A DNA stretch of 64,000 nucleotides, taken from a virus. The notes beneath the pieces were generated by a model. That model did not search any database and was not told the DNA's origin. It was given only the letters and a program-made list of their open reading frames with translations. The stretch covers positions 6,575-70,574 of the IMG/VR virus record IMGVR_UViG_3300045412_000135; one strand, given 5' to 3'. The translations under genes were made by a program, and so were the position numbers. This document shows positions 9,169 to 18,494 of this stretch, piece by piece. Position 1 is the stretch's first letter. Each line of letters starts with the position of its first letter.

Positions 9169-9329
9169 TCGTTTCCCCCTGTTACTTCTTGGTCAAACAT
9201 GTTTTGTGCAACTTCAACTTTTTTTTGTTGAATCAAGTCAAATGCTTTGGACTGCAATGCATCACCAACAAGTTCAATTGTATGTGCATTATTTTTCGCA
9301 AAAATGCTATCGAAAATTTCTGTAGACAT
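9165..9329 (-). CDS. Small prohead core protein (gp67-like position), 54 aa
   Basis: Hand-translated MSTEIFDSIFAKNNAHTIELVGDALQSKAFDLIQQKKVEVAQNMFDQEVTGGNE*. It has an upstream AAGGAG, a late promoter, and an ATGA overlap with gp21. Below the ORF-track length cutoff. Confidence 0.8.
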   Translation of the reverse strand: MSTEIFDSIFAKNNAHTIELVGDALQSKAFDLIQQKKVEVAQNMFDQEVTGGNE

Positions 9330-9355
9330 AATAATTAATAAACTCCTTATCTAAT

Positions 9356-9363
9356 TATTTAGA
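9356..9363 (-). promoter_or_regulatory. T4-type late promoter overlapping the gp20 stop
   Basis: TCTAAATA upstream of the 54-aa gene and gp21. Confidence 0.6.
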
Positions 9364-10972
9364 ATTCTGCTTTTTTTAAGTCTGCGGGATCTGGTTCTGT
9401 ACCTTGATCTCCCATTTGTGTAGAACCAGTTTCTTCTGGTGGTAATGCATTAGGATCACCTTCCATCGCAGGGTCTATCATTGCATTTGGATCGGCAATT
9501 TTTCCGTTTTCTATTTCTTCTTTGATTTGATTATCAATTTCTTTTAACTCTTCATCTGTTTGCTTAAGAACATTACGACGAATTTGCTCAATAGAGAAAT
9601 ATTTACCAACAAAAGGATCCATGGTTGCAACGAGATTCATTCTCTCGTTCATCATCTCCATGTTCTTGACTTCATTGAAATAGTTGTCTGCAATGAAGTC
9701 ATATTGAATATGATTCTTAATCTTATCCCAATCCTCAAGAGTAATTACTCCTTTAAGTAAAAGTTGAGTCTTAAGAATATCTTGGAAAAGATCCGAGAAA
9801 CGTTTGCGGAGACGATTGACAAATTTCTGAAACTTGAGTTCGTCTCTTGTAATTTCAGTTGAACGACCGATATTAAATGTAGTTTCTGTTTCTAATCTCG
9901 AAGAAGGAACATTAAGTGCTTTGTATAATTTCTTTTGAAAGTACTTAACATCTTCAAGTTCTCCAAGATTCTGACCACCAGGAAGAGTAGTGATTTCTGT
10001 TCCTCTACCACCTTCACGACGAGGAAGCCAGAAATCTTCAAGCATACTCATGAACTTACGATCATCTTTAATCTCACCAGTATTGGCGTCATATACTAAC
10101 TTGTTTCTATAGCGAGCCATTACTTCACGAAGATATTGCTCTGCCTTGATCTTAGGTAGATTACCAACATCAATGTAGAAAATTCTACGTTCTGGTGCGC
10201 GAGATAAACGATAGATAACCAGCGAGTCTTCAATCATTCTCAACTGATTAACTGCTTTAATTGCTTTGTGTAGATGCGAAAGCACCATATTTTTATTCAT
10301 ATCAAAAATTCCAGAATGCACATAGGTGATTGAATCTGGAGCAATTTTGATGCCTTGAACATCTCCGGTTTTTAATCCTTTTCCGTTATAGATAAAGTAT
10401 TCAGCAGTTCTTTGCATGAATGCTTCTTGTGGATCATTAGGATTTATTCTTATTGGTCTGTTTTCTACTTCGATAATTTTGCGAATTTTTCTCGGATCAA
10501 TATAACGCAATTCGAGTATTCCGTTGCTTGGATCTTTCGTATCAATTACTTTATGATAAAATACTCTTCCATCTACATACCAACGACGAAAGATCTCATA
10601 TGATTTATTTTCAAAATCTAAAAGTTCTAATACATAATCAAACTCTTCACGAATTAGTTTTTTAACTTTTTCACTAACATTTTTAATATTTTCTAAATTA
10701 ATTACAATAGGAACATCATTATAATTTCCACAAATAGTTTCATTCACAATATCATCTACAGCAGAATCGCACTCTGGTTGTAGAATCATATCCCTATAGC
10801 GTTGAATTAACTCCCATTCATTTTTGACAGTTCCATCAATATCAACATAATAACCATAATGCCCGCCAGCAGAAATGGGAGTTGCCCCATCTTGATTATC
10901 TTTTTGAACAAAAGAAGGCCCTTTCGGAACCTTCTTTGCTCTTTCTATAGAGTATCCAAATAATTGTGACAT
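9359..10972 (-). CDS. gp20: Portal vertex protein
   Basis: RRWYVDGR; NQLRMIEDSLVIYRLSRAPERRIFYIDVGNLPK; EDFWLPRREGGRGTEITTLPGGQ. Confidence 0.99.
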   Translation of the reverse strand: MSQLFGYSIERAKKVPKGPSFVQKDNQDGATPISAGGHYGYYVDIDGTVKNEWELIQRYRDMILQPECDSAVDDIVNETICGNYNDVPIVINLENIKNVSEKVKKLIREEFDYVLELLDFENKSYEIFRRWYVDGRVFYHKVIDTKDPSNGILELRYIDPRKIRKIIEVENRPIRINPNDPQEAFMQRTAEYFIYNGKGLKTGDVQGIKIAPDSITYVHSGIFDMNKNMVLSHLHKAIKAVNQLRMIEDSLVIYRLSRAPERRIFYIDVGNLPKIKAEQYLREVMARYRNKLVYDANTGEIKDDRKFMSMLEDFWLPRREGGRGTEITTLPGGQNLGELEDVKYFQKKLYKALNVPSSRLETETTFNIGRSTEITRDELKFQKFVNRLRKRFSDLFQDILKTQLLLKGVITLEDWDKIKNHIQYDFIADNYFNEVKNMEMMNERMNLVATMDPFVGKYFSIEQIRRNVLKQTDEELKEIDNQIKEEIENGKIADPNAMIDPAMEGDPNALPPEETGSTQMGDQGTEPDPADLKKAEF

Positions 10973-11000
10973 TGTATAGTAACGAAGATTAGTTCAATAC

Positions 11001-11008
11001 TATTTATG
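11001..11008 (-). promoter_or_regulatory. T4-type late promoter (gp20)
   Basis: CATAAATA overlapping the gp19 stop codon. Confidence 0.7.
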
Positions 11009-11756
11009 GGGTTGCTTTGGTGCCAGAAGCAGTAGTATCTGAACTAACTGTTTCAGATAATGCAGTGATCGATGTAACCTCATTTTTAATGTCACCTGCA
11101 ATTGGTTTCCAGTATTGAACTTGAAATTCCACAGTAAATTCTTCAATAGCATCATTTGATCCAAAGTCAAGATCAATTGATGATACGTTAGATGGCCAAC
11201 AATCATAAAATTCATACGATCTTACAGCATTACCCCTTCTGTCCAATTGTGTAACTCTCATATTCTTCATATAATTTAAATATGAAGGTGTTCCGGTTAC
11301 TCCTGTTCCGTGATCAATCATGGTTGCATTTTCATCATAAAGTTGGATGCATTCCATCCATTTTTCGAACCAGGATCTTAGTCTGAAAGCAGTATCATTA
11401 TGAATTGTAATTGTCCAAGGTTCAAATGTTCTATCGCCAGCAATTTTTAACATTCTTCCACGGAAAGGAACTTCAATAACTCCAACAGTTGATGCTGGAA
11501 TTTGTGCTGCTTTAATTAAATATGATCCTAAAATATTAATTGCATCAGATCCTACAGGTGCCGCTGCAGCAGGTTGTGATCCCCCCTTGGGTGGCGGTGG
11601 TGATCCTGCTGCAGGCGGCTTATTAGTTCCATTAGCAGCTAGTGCTACTGCTTGTGGAAAATCAATATCTACTTGGAATAGATTGGGTCTTGCATAATCA
11701 AAATTTGAATTCGCTTTAAATGCAGCTATGCTACTTCTGATATTCTGTGATGCCAT
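11004..11756 (-). CDS. gp19: Tail tube protein
   Basis: ARPNLFQV; KAAQIPAST..IEVPFRGRMLKIAGDRTFEPWTITI; IEEFTVEFQVQYW. Confidence 0.97.
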   Translation of the reverse strand: MASQNIRSSIAAFKANSNFDYARPNLFQVDIDFPQAVALAANGTNKPPAAGSPPPPKGGSQPAAAAPVGSDAINILGSYLIKAAQIPASTVGVIEVPFRGRMLKIAGDRTFEPWTITIHNDTAFRLRSWFEKWMECIQLYDENATMIDHGTGVTGTPSYLNYMKNMRVTQLDRRGNAVRSYEFYDCWPSNVSSIDLDFGSNDAIEEFTVEFQVQYWKPIAGDIKNEVTSITALSETVSSDTTASGTKATP

Positions 11757-11793
11757 TTTGAGGTTCTCCTTATGTGTTTATTGAAAAATTAAA

Positions 11794-14001
11794 TTACGAT
11801 GCAATTTCTTCGAATGCAACGCCAGTTCTGGTTGCAATGAAGGAAATAGTAATATAATTAATTGTTCTTGTTGGTTTCAGATAAATCTCAGCATAGAACT
11901 CTCCTCTATCGACCGAATCTGGAGGATTATTATCATCATCACACTTAACTAAGAAATCAGTTAAACCCCTTCTACCTTGAATACCTCTTAGGTAAGGTTC
12001 AGCAAAATTTCTAAATTGTGATCTGCTAGTCTCATCGTTTTGTGCAAAGAGTAGTGTCTTAGCAACGGAACCAATTACTTTTTCGATTGTTAGGAACAAA
12101 CGACGAACATTAATTCTATCAAAAGCAGATGCATGACCGAGAGCAGTTTTATCACCAAATAATACAATACCTTGACCAGGGAAAGAAACAATTGGATTAA
12201 CTCTTTCTGAGTATAAAGTATCTCTTTGTGGTTTTGTTGGTGAGTATGCGAGTTTGATCGCATTTCTCAAAACCCCTCTAGTAAATCCAGCAGGAGAATA
12301 CCAAGGATCTTGATTTCTTGTTGTTGCCAAGCAAAGGCCAGCTATATCAGCACTACATGGAATATAACGATATGTATCATTATACACATCATAGATGTAC
12401 TTATATCCAGAATCAAATGCCGCATACGAAGTGCTAGGCATTCTACTAAAGAATGTTGATATGTTTCTAGTAATTTCTTCAGAGTCAGTTATTCCAATAA
12501 CATTAGATCTTAATGGTGAGAAGAATGCCATGCAATCTGCTCTGTTTTCAACTACAGTAAGAATTTCTGCTGCTTTAGCTAGTGCCTCAGTATCATCTGC
12601 TCCCATAGATCCAGGAATTATAAAGTCAATTTGTTCAGATTCAGAATCTGCAAATAATGCCAAAGAAGTTGAATATGCCTCTAAATTAAAGGCATATGAA
12701 TCAACACCACCATTAAAAACATATTGTACTGTTGCACCTAGTTGTCCACCAACAAGAACATCTCCGCCAATTGGATTTGTTGTACCTGATTTTTCTTGGA
12801 GAAGATTGTATGAGGAATTAGCAGCTGCAGTTCCAATTGCAACTCCGCTAGGAACAGAAAAAATATCAGTGGTATTTACACTACCAGCATAAACATAGTT
12901 TGATCTATTCTTAAGTGCAGTTGCATAATAATTGTTTTCTCCATTTGTCGTCCTAGCATCAGATGCTTTTGATAGACCCGCAAATTTTTCCAAAATTGTA
13001 TTTGGAGTACCAGTTACTTTACCCTCAGTATCTACAATAATAACATGAATTTCATCTCTAAATCCATTTTTATTTGCAACAAATGGAGAAGTTCCTGGAC
13101 GTTGTGCAATATTAGCCCATCTTAATCCTTTAATTACTTCTCTAGTTAGATATTCTTTTGCAACAGAACCAATATTTACACTGTTGGAATTTGCATCAGT
13201 AATATCATTACCAACTTGAAAATTAATCGAACCTCTATTGGTTACACTTAAAAGTTTTCTGGTTACTGAAGTAATACTTGCAGATGCTCCAGATGAAGAT
13301 TGATTTAGTGTATCTGAAGTAGATACGATACCAGCATAATCGCTTGCAAGAGTAATTTCGACGATTTTCTCTGTAGAATCATATGCAACTACTGTGCAAT
13401 TATCTCCCCCAACTAATGCATCGTCTTCTGCAAAACTACCAACAATATTAGATAGTTTTAGGATTAAAGAATACTTATATACTTTGGCAGCAGCTCCCGA
13501 AGATGCTGAAATATCTGCACCTTCAACAAATTTCCATTCGTCACCTGATAATGGGGCATCAAGTGTTAAAATTTGATCAGGACCAGCATCAGTCATGAAT
13601 AGTCTTACGCCATTTCCGTAAGTACCTGCAGTTTTTGCTGCAAAAAACCAATCTTGACCTGTTTCAAAATTTGCTTCGAAGTCATCAATATTTTGAATTT
13701 TTGTTGCAGTTCCGTTAGTAACAGCGTTTTTTAATGCTGTAGCATCTGATCTAACAACTTTAACTGTACCACCATATAACATATATTGAGAAACAGCAAA
13801 CCATGATTCAAAGTTACTGTCATTTGGTTTTCCAAAAATTGATTTTAGTTGCTCTTCTGTTGAAATTGTTCTAATTTCATTAATTGGTCCGCGAGCAAAT
13901 TGACCAACAACTGCTGCAAAGGCAGGACTGCTTGAAGTAGTTACGGTAGAGTTGTCAATTTCTCTAAGAACTACACCTGGCGATAGTTGACTTAATGCCA
14001 T
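11794..14001 (-). CDS. gp18: Contractile tail sheath protein
   Basis: LSPGVVLREID; PWYSPAGFTRG; FGDKT..SAFDRINVRRLF; IYLKPTRTINYITISF. Confidence 0.98.
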   Translation of the reverse strand: MALSQLSPGVVLREIDNSTVTTSSSPAFAAVVGQFARGPINEIRTISTEEQLKSIFGKPNDSNFESWFAVSQYMLYGGTVKVVRSDATALKNAVTNGTATKIQNIDDFEANFETGQDWFFAAKTAGTYGNGVRLFMTDAGPDQILTLDAPLSGDEWKFVEGADISASSGAAAKVYKYSLILKLSNIVGSFAEDDALVGGDNCTVVAYDSTEKIVEITLASDYAGIVSTSDTLNQSSSGASASITSVTRKLLSVTNRGSINFQVGNDITDANSNSVNIGSVAKEYLTREVIKGLRWANIAQRPGTSPFVANKNGFRDEIHVIIVDTEGKVTGTPNTILEKFAGLSKASDARTTNGENNYYATALKNRSNYVYAGSVNTTDIFSVPSGVAIGTAAANSSYNLLQEKSGTTNPIGGDVLVGGQLGATVQYVFNGGVDSYAFNLEAYSTSLALFADSESEQIDFIIPGSMGADDTEALAKAAEILTVVENRADCMAFFSPLRSNVIGITDSEEITRNISTFFSRMPSTSYAAFDSGYKYIYDVYNDTYRYIPCSADIAGLCLATTRNQDPWYSPAGFTRGVLRNAIKLAYSPTKPQRDTLYSERVNPIVSFPGQGIVLFGDKTALGHASAFDRINVRRLFLTIEKVIGSVAKTLLFAQNDETSRSQFRNFAEPYLRGIQGRRGLTDFLVKCDDDNNPPDSVDRGEFYAEIYLKPTRTINYITISFIATRTGVAFEEIAS

Positions 14002-14040
14002 GTTTATTCTCCTGGAAGATTTTCTAGGTTAATCTGAAAT

Positions 14041-14048
14041 TATTTATG
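14041..14048 (-). promoter_or_regulatory. T4-type late promoter (gp18)
   Basis: CATAAATA about 40 nt upstream of the gp18 ATG. Confidence 0.75.
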
Positions 14049-14089
14049 AAAACCCATTTTTCTATTGGGGAAACAATACATGAACATAG

Positions 14090-14317
14090 TCACCAATTAG
14101 GATATTCTGTATCAATATCTATTTTTTTTCTTCTGCTATTTTTAATTCTTTGTATAGTGCATTTTTTACACTCATATGAATATGCTGATGGCCAAGCCCC
14201 TCGATCTTTTCTAGTCAAATAAAAATCTGTTAATAAACTACCAACTTCACCACAAACTCTACATTTTCGATCAACGAATAATAAATGTTCTAAATTTATT
14301 TGACTATTTAAATCCAC
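14090..14317 (-). CDS. Small zinc-ribbon protein (CxxC...CxxC); likely GTG start at 14317 (track gives 14332)
   Basis: CRVC and CKKC pairs; the GTG overlaps the gp17 TAG stop. Confidence 0.7.
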   Translation of the reverse strand: MDLNSQINLEHLLFVDRKCRVCGEVGSLLTDFYLTRKDRGAWPSAYSYECKKCTIQRIKNSRRKKIDIDTEYPNW

Positions 14318-15966
14318 TATCGATATTCCCACAGATATGCCGTATCCCCATATTCATCTAGATGCCAACGATCGCCATCAACATCCACAAAACTTTGATC
14401 TTCAGTTCCATCTAAAATAAATCCGAATGGAGCCATATCTGCTTCAATTGCTTCTCTTTGATCATCATAGATTCTTTGACGAACATCGTTATTTGTCATT
14501 TCCCTAAAGTAGGGTTGCATTGCCAACCAAGAGAAGATAACTAATGACATTGCTAAATCATCATTACATCCTTCTTCTGCCTCAAAGGAATTACCCTTCT
14601 GAATAAATGTTGTCAGTTCGCTAATGATATCGTAATCTTTTACAATAAGTTTATCTTCCTCGATCAGTGCTTTAAGATTCGAGCAACCAACTTTCTTTAC
14701 AGCAGAAGTCATGCGAACCCCAAGAGAAGCTCTTTTGCCGCTAAATCCTGATCCTACAATCTGACCTGCACGACCTCGCATTGAACACATTAACAGGTTG
14801 TCATATTCTAGATCGTATTGTAGAATATCAGCAACTTGAGCGCCGATATCATTGACTTCTATGAGAATGTATGCTTTATTATAATTCTTAGCAACGTCGT
14901 GAATAATATTCGGTAATAGAATTGGTTTGATATCGTTGTTCTTATACTTACCAACAATATTATATGGAATGGTTGTAATATCAACAATAATAAATGCCGA
15001 GTAATCTTGACTGGTTCCTCGTGAAGTATCTACAGTAAGAATATATTGATGATCTGGTTTTACTTCTTCATAAATATCCAATCCTTTATTTGAAGTAATC
15101 GGATCTTCATAAACCATATTTCTAAGTTTAGAAGGATTGATTAGAGTATCAACCGATCCTAAAAATTCGCATTCAAATTCTTGAGTGAATTGTCTTTGCG
15201 AGGTGTTGGCAATAGTCTCTTCTTTCCACTTAGCATCACGGCCAGGAACTTGAGACCAATGAACTTCCAAAGGAATATAACTGTTTTTCTGTCTCTCAGC
15301 ATCATGCCAAAGTTTATAGAACATATTCATTCCGTTTGGTGTCGAAATAATAATAACTTTGGTTGTCTTACCAGATGAAATGGTAGGATATACTGAACTA
15401 AAGAACTGCTCAGCAATATTATTTGGAATGAACGCAAATTCGTCTAGGAAGATAATATTGAAAGAGTTTCCTCGGACTGCACTAGAAGATGTAGATGCTG
15501 CAATGATCTTAGAACCATTCTCTAATTCTAGAGATCCTTTGTTCCATGACAAGATACCATGTTGCATCCACTTAGGAAGATTTTCATATGATAACTGTAA
15601 ACGAGACAGAAGTTCTCTTGACGTTTCTGCTTTGTTTGCAAGGATAGCAATCTTTACATTATCATTAAACAAAGCATAATGCATCAGATAGGAAACACAC
15701 GTCGTTGATTTTCCTGTCTGTCTTGGTAGCTTTGCAATGTTGAATCTATTATTATGAAAATTGTTGATGAGTTGTTCCTGAAAATTCCACATCTTAAATG
15801 GAATAAGACCCTCATCCAAAGAAACAATCTTTATATAGTTTCTTGCAAAATAAATGGGATCTTCTCGGCACTTGATAAATTCCTTAATCTGCTTAGGAGT
15901 AAATTCAAGTGCTACGTTTGCTTTTTTTAGATTTGGATTACCAAGATAGACCTCTTCAGGTTTCAT
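14317..15966 (-). CDS. gp17: Terminase large subunit
   Basis: YLGNPNLKKAN; PRQTGKST (Walker A); IFLDEFAF (Walker B); ISTPNGMN; nuclease DDLAM. Uninterrupted. Confidence 0.98.
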   Translation of the reverse strand: MKPEEVYLGNPNLKKANVALEFTPKQIKEFIKCREDPIYFARNYIKIVSLDEGLIPFKMWNFQEQLINNFHNNRFNIAKLPRQTGKSTTCVSYLMHYALFNDNVKIAILANKAETSRELLSRLQLSYENLPKWMQHGILSWNKGSLELENGSKIIAASTSSSAVRGNSFNIIFLDEFAFIPNNIAEQFFSSVYPTISSGKTTKVIIISTPNGMNMFYKLWHDAERQKNSYIPLEVHWSQVPGRDAKWKEETIANTSQRQFTQEFECEFLGSVDTLINPSKLRNMVYEDPITSNKGLDIYEEVKPDHQYILTVDTSRGTSQDYSAFIIVDITTIPYNIVGKYKNNDIKPILLPNIIHDVAKNYNKAYILIEVNDIGAQVADILQYDLEYDNLLMCSMRGRAGQIVGSGFSGKRASLGVRMTSAVKKVGCSNLKALIEEDKLIVKDYDIISELTTFIQKGNSFEAEEGCNDDLAMSLVIFSWLAMQPYFREMTNNDVRQRIYDDQREAIEADMAPFGFILDGTEDQSFVDVDGDRWHLDEYGDTAYLWEYR

Positions 15967-15972
15967 ACAATA

Positions 15973-16731
15973 TCAACAATTCCAGGCACGTAACGACTTA
16001 TTTATACGGGAGTTTGGATCCCTTGCAGTTTTCTTAGAAGTTAGTTTAGATTTCATTCCTTTCATTCTGGCACAGAATGATGTCCTACGGGGATTACCAA
16101 CAACCTTTGAAGGTGCCTTAAGGTCAGATCCAGGATTTTCTTCTTCGTAAGATTGACGTCCTTTTTCATTTAGACCACCATTTTTATTCTTACCTTCTTT
16201 TCTTTGCCAAGCAGCACCTTCTTTAATAAAGTCTGCAAATGATTTTACTTCTTCTTTTACATTTTCATCTTTACCTGCCATGTAATTTGCACAGGTAAGA
16301 ATGTTCTCTGTTGCAAGAGTTACTTTTGCCTGAACCCAAGCAGGAACTTGCATATCATCGGACTTGATTTGTGCCCTAAGGAGTGCAACTGATCTTTCAA
16401 TGGTTTCAAGTTGATTGTTGATCATTGCACCTTCACTATCAAGCATCTTGCCCATAGCAATTGCGGTGTGATCTTCCCTTAGTTTCTTCTGTGCTTTTTC
16501 GTATTGTCTGTGTGCTCTGTTTCTTGCTGTTTCTGCTTCCATAGGACTCTTGCCTGCTTCAGTTGCAGCTGCATGTGCCGCATCTCCAGCAGCTTTCTTT
16601 CTAGCAGCGTGGTCGGCAATTTGATTTTGTCTTTGAGTATTTGAGACAACTTCAGACGAACTTACTCTTTGTTTGATGCCACCGAACTTTGCTCTGCGAG
16701 CAGCACCCGTCCCTGTGTTTTCGTTTAACAT
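15973..16731 (-). CDS. Hypothetical modular protein with C-terminal DUF6321-like domain; putative internal head protein
   Basis: C-terminal AWQRKEGKNKNGGLNEKGR...SFCARMKG...SRINKSLRAWNC. ATG at 16731 directly follows the upstream stop; the track start of 16788 would overlap that gene. Confidence 0.7.
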   Translation of the reverse strand: MLNENTGTGAARRAKFGGIKQRVSSSEVVSNTQRQNQIADHAARKKAAGDAAHAAATEAGKSPMEAETARNRAHRQYEKAQKKLREDHTAIAMGKMLDSEGAMINNQLETIERSVALLRAQIKSDDMQVPAWVQAKVTLATENILTCANYMAGKDENVKEEVKSFADFIKEGAAWQRKEGKNKNGGLNEKGRQSYEEENPGSDLKAPSKVVGNPRRTSFCARMKGMKSKLTSKKTARDPNSRINKSLRAWNC

Positions 16732-16732
16732 A

Positions 16733-17281
16733 TCAACCTCCAACAATTTGAACTTCTGTGATGTGACCCGTTGCAGCACCATTATCATCAGGTTTTACAG
16801 AAAACTTGATAGAGTTTGATAAAGTTGCAGTTCCAGTAAAAGCAGAATATCCAGATGAGTTTAGTGATACAGTTACAGTAGTGTCAGTGACAGCAGTGAC
16901 AGCAAGGTGAGTAATACCACTATTGTATGCGGCAACGGAAGAACCTGTGCAAGTTACATAATCACCAACTCTAAATGGGTGTGATGGAGTTCTTCCATCT
17001 TGTGCCATGGTAATCACTGTATTAGAAGCACCAGTGGTCACTGAAGTAATTACACCTCTTTTTGGTGATGCTGCTTTTACTAATTCTACAGATTCTTTTG
17101 GAATATGTAAATCGTTGCTTTCTGCGGTTGGATTTCCTCCCCAAGCAACGTGAATAGCATCATTAGAATCAGCAACAAAACGATAAATTCCACTCATCAC
17201 AATAACCGCAGATGACTGTGCAGCAGCACCGCCAGAGCAACTTACTGCAGCAATATTTTGTATAACTTTTAAAACCGACAT
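16733..17281 (-). CDS. Hypothetical virion structural protein (beta-rich)
   Basis: Thr/Ser/Gly/Ala-rich; HPFRVGDYVT barrel-like module; preceded by a late promoter. Confidence 0.65.
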   Translation of the reverse strand: MSVLKVIQNIAAVSCSGGAAAQSSAVIVMSGIYRFVADSNDAIHVAWGGNPTAESNDLHIPKESVELVKAASPKRGVITSVTTGASNTVITMAQDGRTPSHPFRVGDYVTCTGSSVAAYNSGITHLAVTAVTDTTVTVSLNSSGYSAFTGTATLSNSIKFSVKPDDNGAATGHITEVQIVGG

Positions 17282-17313
17282 ATTAAACTCCGAGATTAAT
17301 TCTTTCCTATGTT

Positions 17314-17715
17314 TTATTTAGTCCCCTTTGCATTTTGCTTGAGGAGCTTTGCCAACTGTGATGTTGATCCAACAAACATAGTATTATTAACTGTAGTAGG
17401 ACTTGATCTAGGTTTCTCATCGATTTCTTTCATTTTTTTCTGAAGGTCAATCAATTTATCAGCAACATCAGCAACGTTTTTAATTAACTGTCCAGCAACC
17501 TCATATGCTCTGGGGTGATCTGAACTTCTAGCAACATCAAGAATGCCGTCGATGGCTTCTTGACCTTTCATGACAAGATTGTGCAACTGTGCTCTAGTTA
17601 CTTCATAATCTTGTTGTATTTCTGGTTTTTGAGATGAAGGGACTTCTTTTAGTGATTCAATAATCTCAGTTGGTTCCACGTCAAAAACTTGGTCCAGTCC
17701 TTCAAATGTACTCAT
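17314..17715 (-). CDS. gp16: Terminase small subunit
   Basis: DYEVTRAQL..LVMKGQEAI; HPRAYEVAGQLIK; FVGSTSQL. Confidence 0.95.
   Translation of the reverse strand: MSTFEGLDQVFDVEPTEIIESLKEVPSSQKPEIQQDYEVTRAQLHNLVMKGQEAIDGILDVARSSDHPRAYEVAGQLIKNVADVADKLIDLQKKMKEIDEKPRSSPTTVNNTMFVGSTSQLAKLLKQNAKGTK
17315..17321 (-). promoter_or_regulatory. T4-type late promoter at the end of gp16
   Basis: CTAAATA about 35 nt upstream of the ORF starting at 17281. Confidence 0.55.
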
Positions 17716-18494
17716 ATCGGTTCATCCTCTCCTGTTTCCGGATTCCATTTTTTCATATCTGTAAATTCTGCGTAAGTTTCATTAAATCCAAAATCATCAT
17801 CCGAAACTGCATCAATTGGATCTGGTTCAACTGTATATCTTTGAACTCTTGGCGCATTTATGGTATCCATAGATGGATAAGTATCTGCAATAACTTTTCT
17901 TATCTGGGTAATATCTCTTACTGGTCCATAGACATAAGTTTTTGCAGTAAATGTTAAAGTATAAATTAATACTCTTGCAACATCTAAATCTCCTTCATAT
18001 TGATCTCTATAAGAAACATTGTCCAAATTTATAATAACATCTTTTACCTCAACAATCTCTGGAATCATTTGAATTGTGATATTAAATGATGGTTGAAAAA
18101 ATGGTAAAATTTGTTCCACAATCTGCAAAGCATCGTCTTGATTCTTTGATAAAATATTTAATTCAAAATTTAAATTATATGGAACTGCAATATATGATTT
18201 TTTATCATCAACTCTGACAATTTGAGTCGGTGCAACTTTACGACTATTATCATATGTAATACCAGTCATTTCAAACGCAATCCTTGGTAACGTAATTTGA
18301 ATTTTTGATTGAGTTGGGTCAGGAGTTTGTCTTAAACGTGAAAGGTATTTTTCCGCAGGTCCATATGCAAGAGGAACTTTCATAACCTCTGTTTTGCTTT
18401 CTGCAACTCTTCTCAATTGAATATTATTAAAAAGAGTTCCAAAACCAACGATGGTTTTTTTAAAAATTTCGTGATAAAAATAGGTTCCTAACAT
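17712..18494 (-). CDS. gp15: Tail sheath stabilizer / terminator
   Basis: YFYHEIFKKTIVGFGTLFNNI; KVPLAYGP; TLPRIAFE; QIVEQILPFFQP. Confidence 0.95.
   Translation of the reverse strand: MLGTYFYHEIFKKTIVGFGTLFNNIQLRRVAESKTEVMKVPLAYGPAEKYLSRLRQTPDPTQSKIQITLPRIAFEMTGITYDNSRKVAPTQIVRVDDKKSYIAVPYNLNFELNILSKNQDDALQIVEQILPFFQPSFNITIQMIPEIVEVKDVIINLDNVSYRDQYEGDLDVARVLIYTLTFTAKTYVYGPVRDITQIRKVIADTYPSMDTINAPRVQRYTVEPDPIDAVSDDDFGFNETYAEFTDMKKWNPETGEDEPI

Noticed and set aside
3406-15966. Introns or inteins in uvsW, gp23, gp20 or gp17
   Set aside because: All are continuous and of normal length, with no splice-junction or homing-endonuclease motifs.
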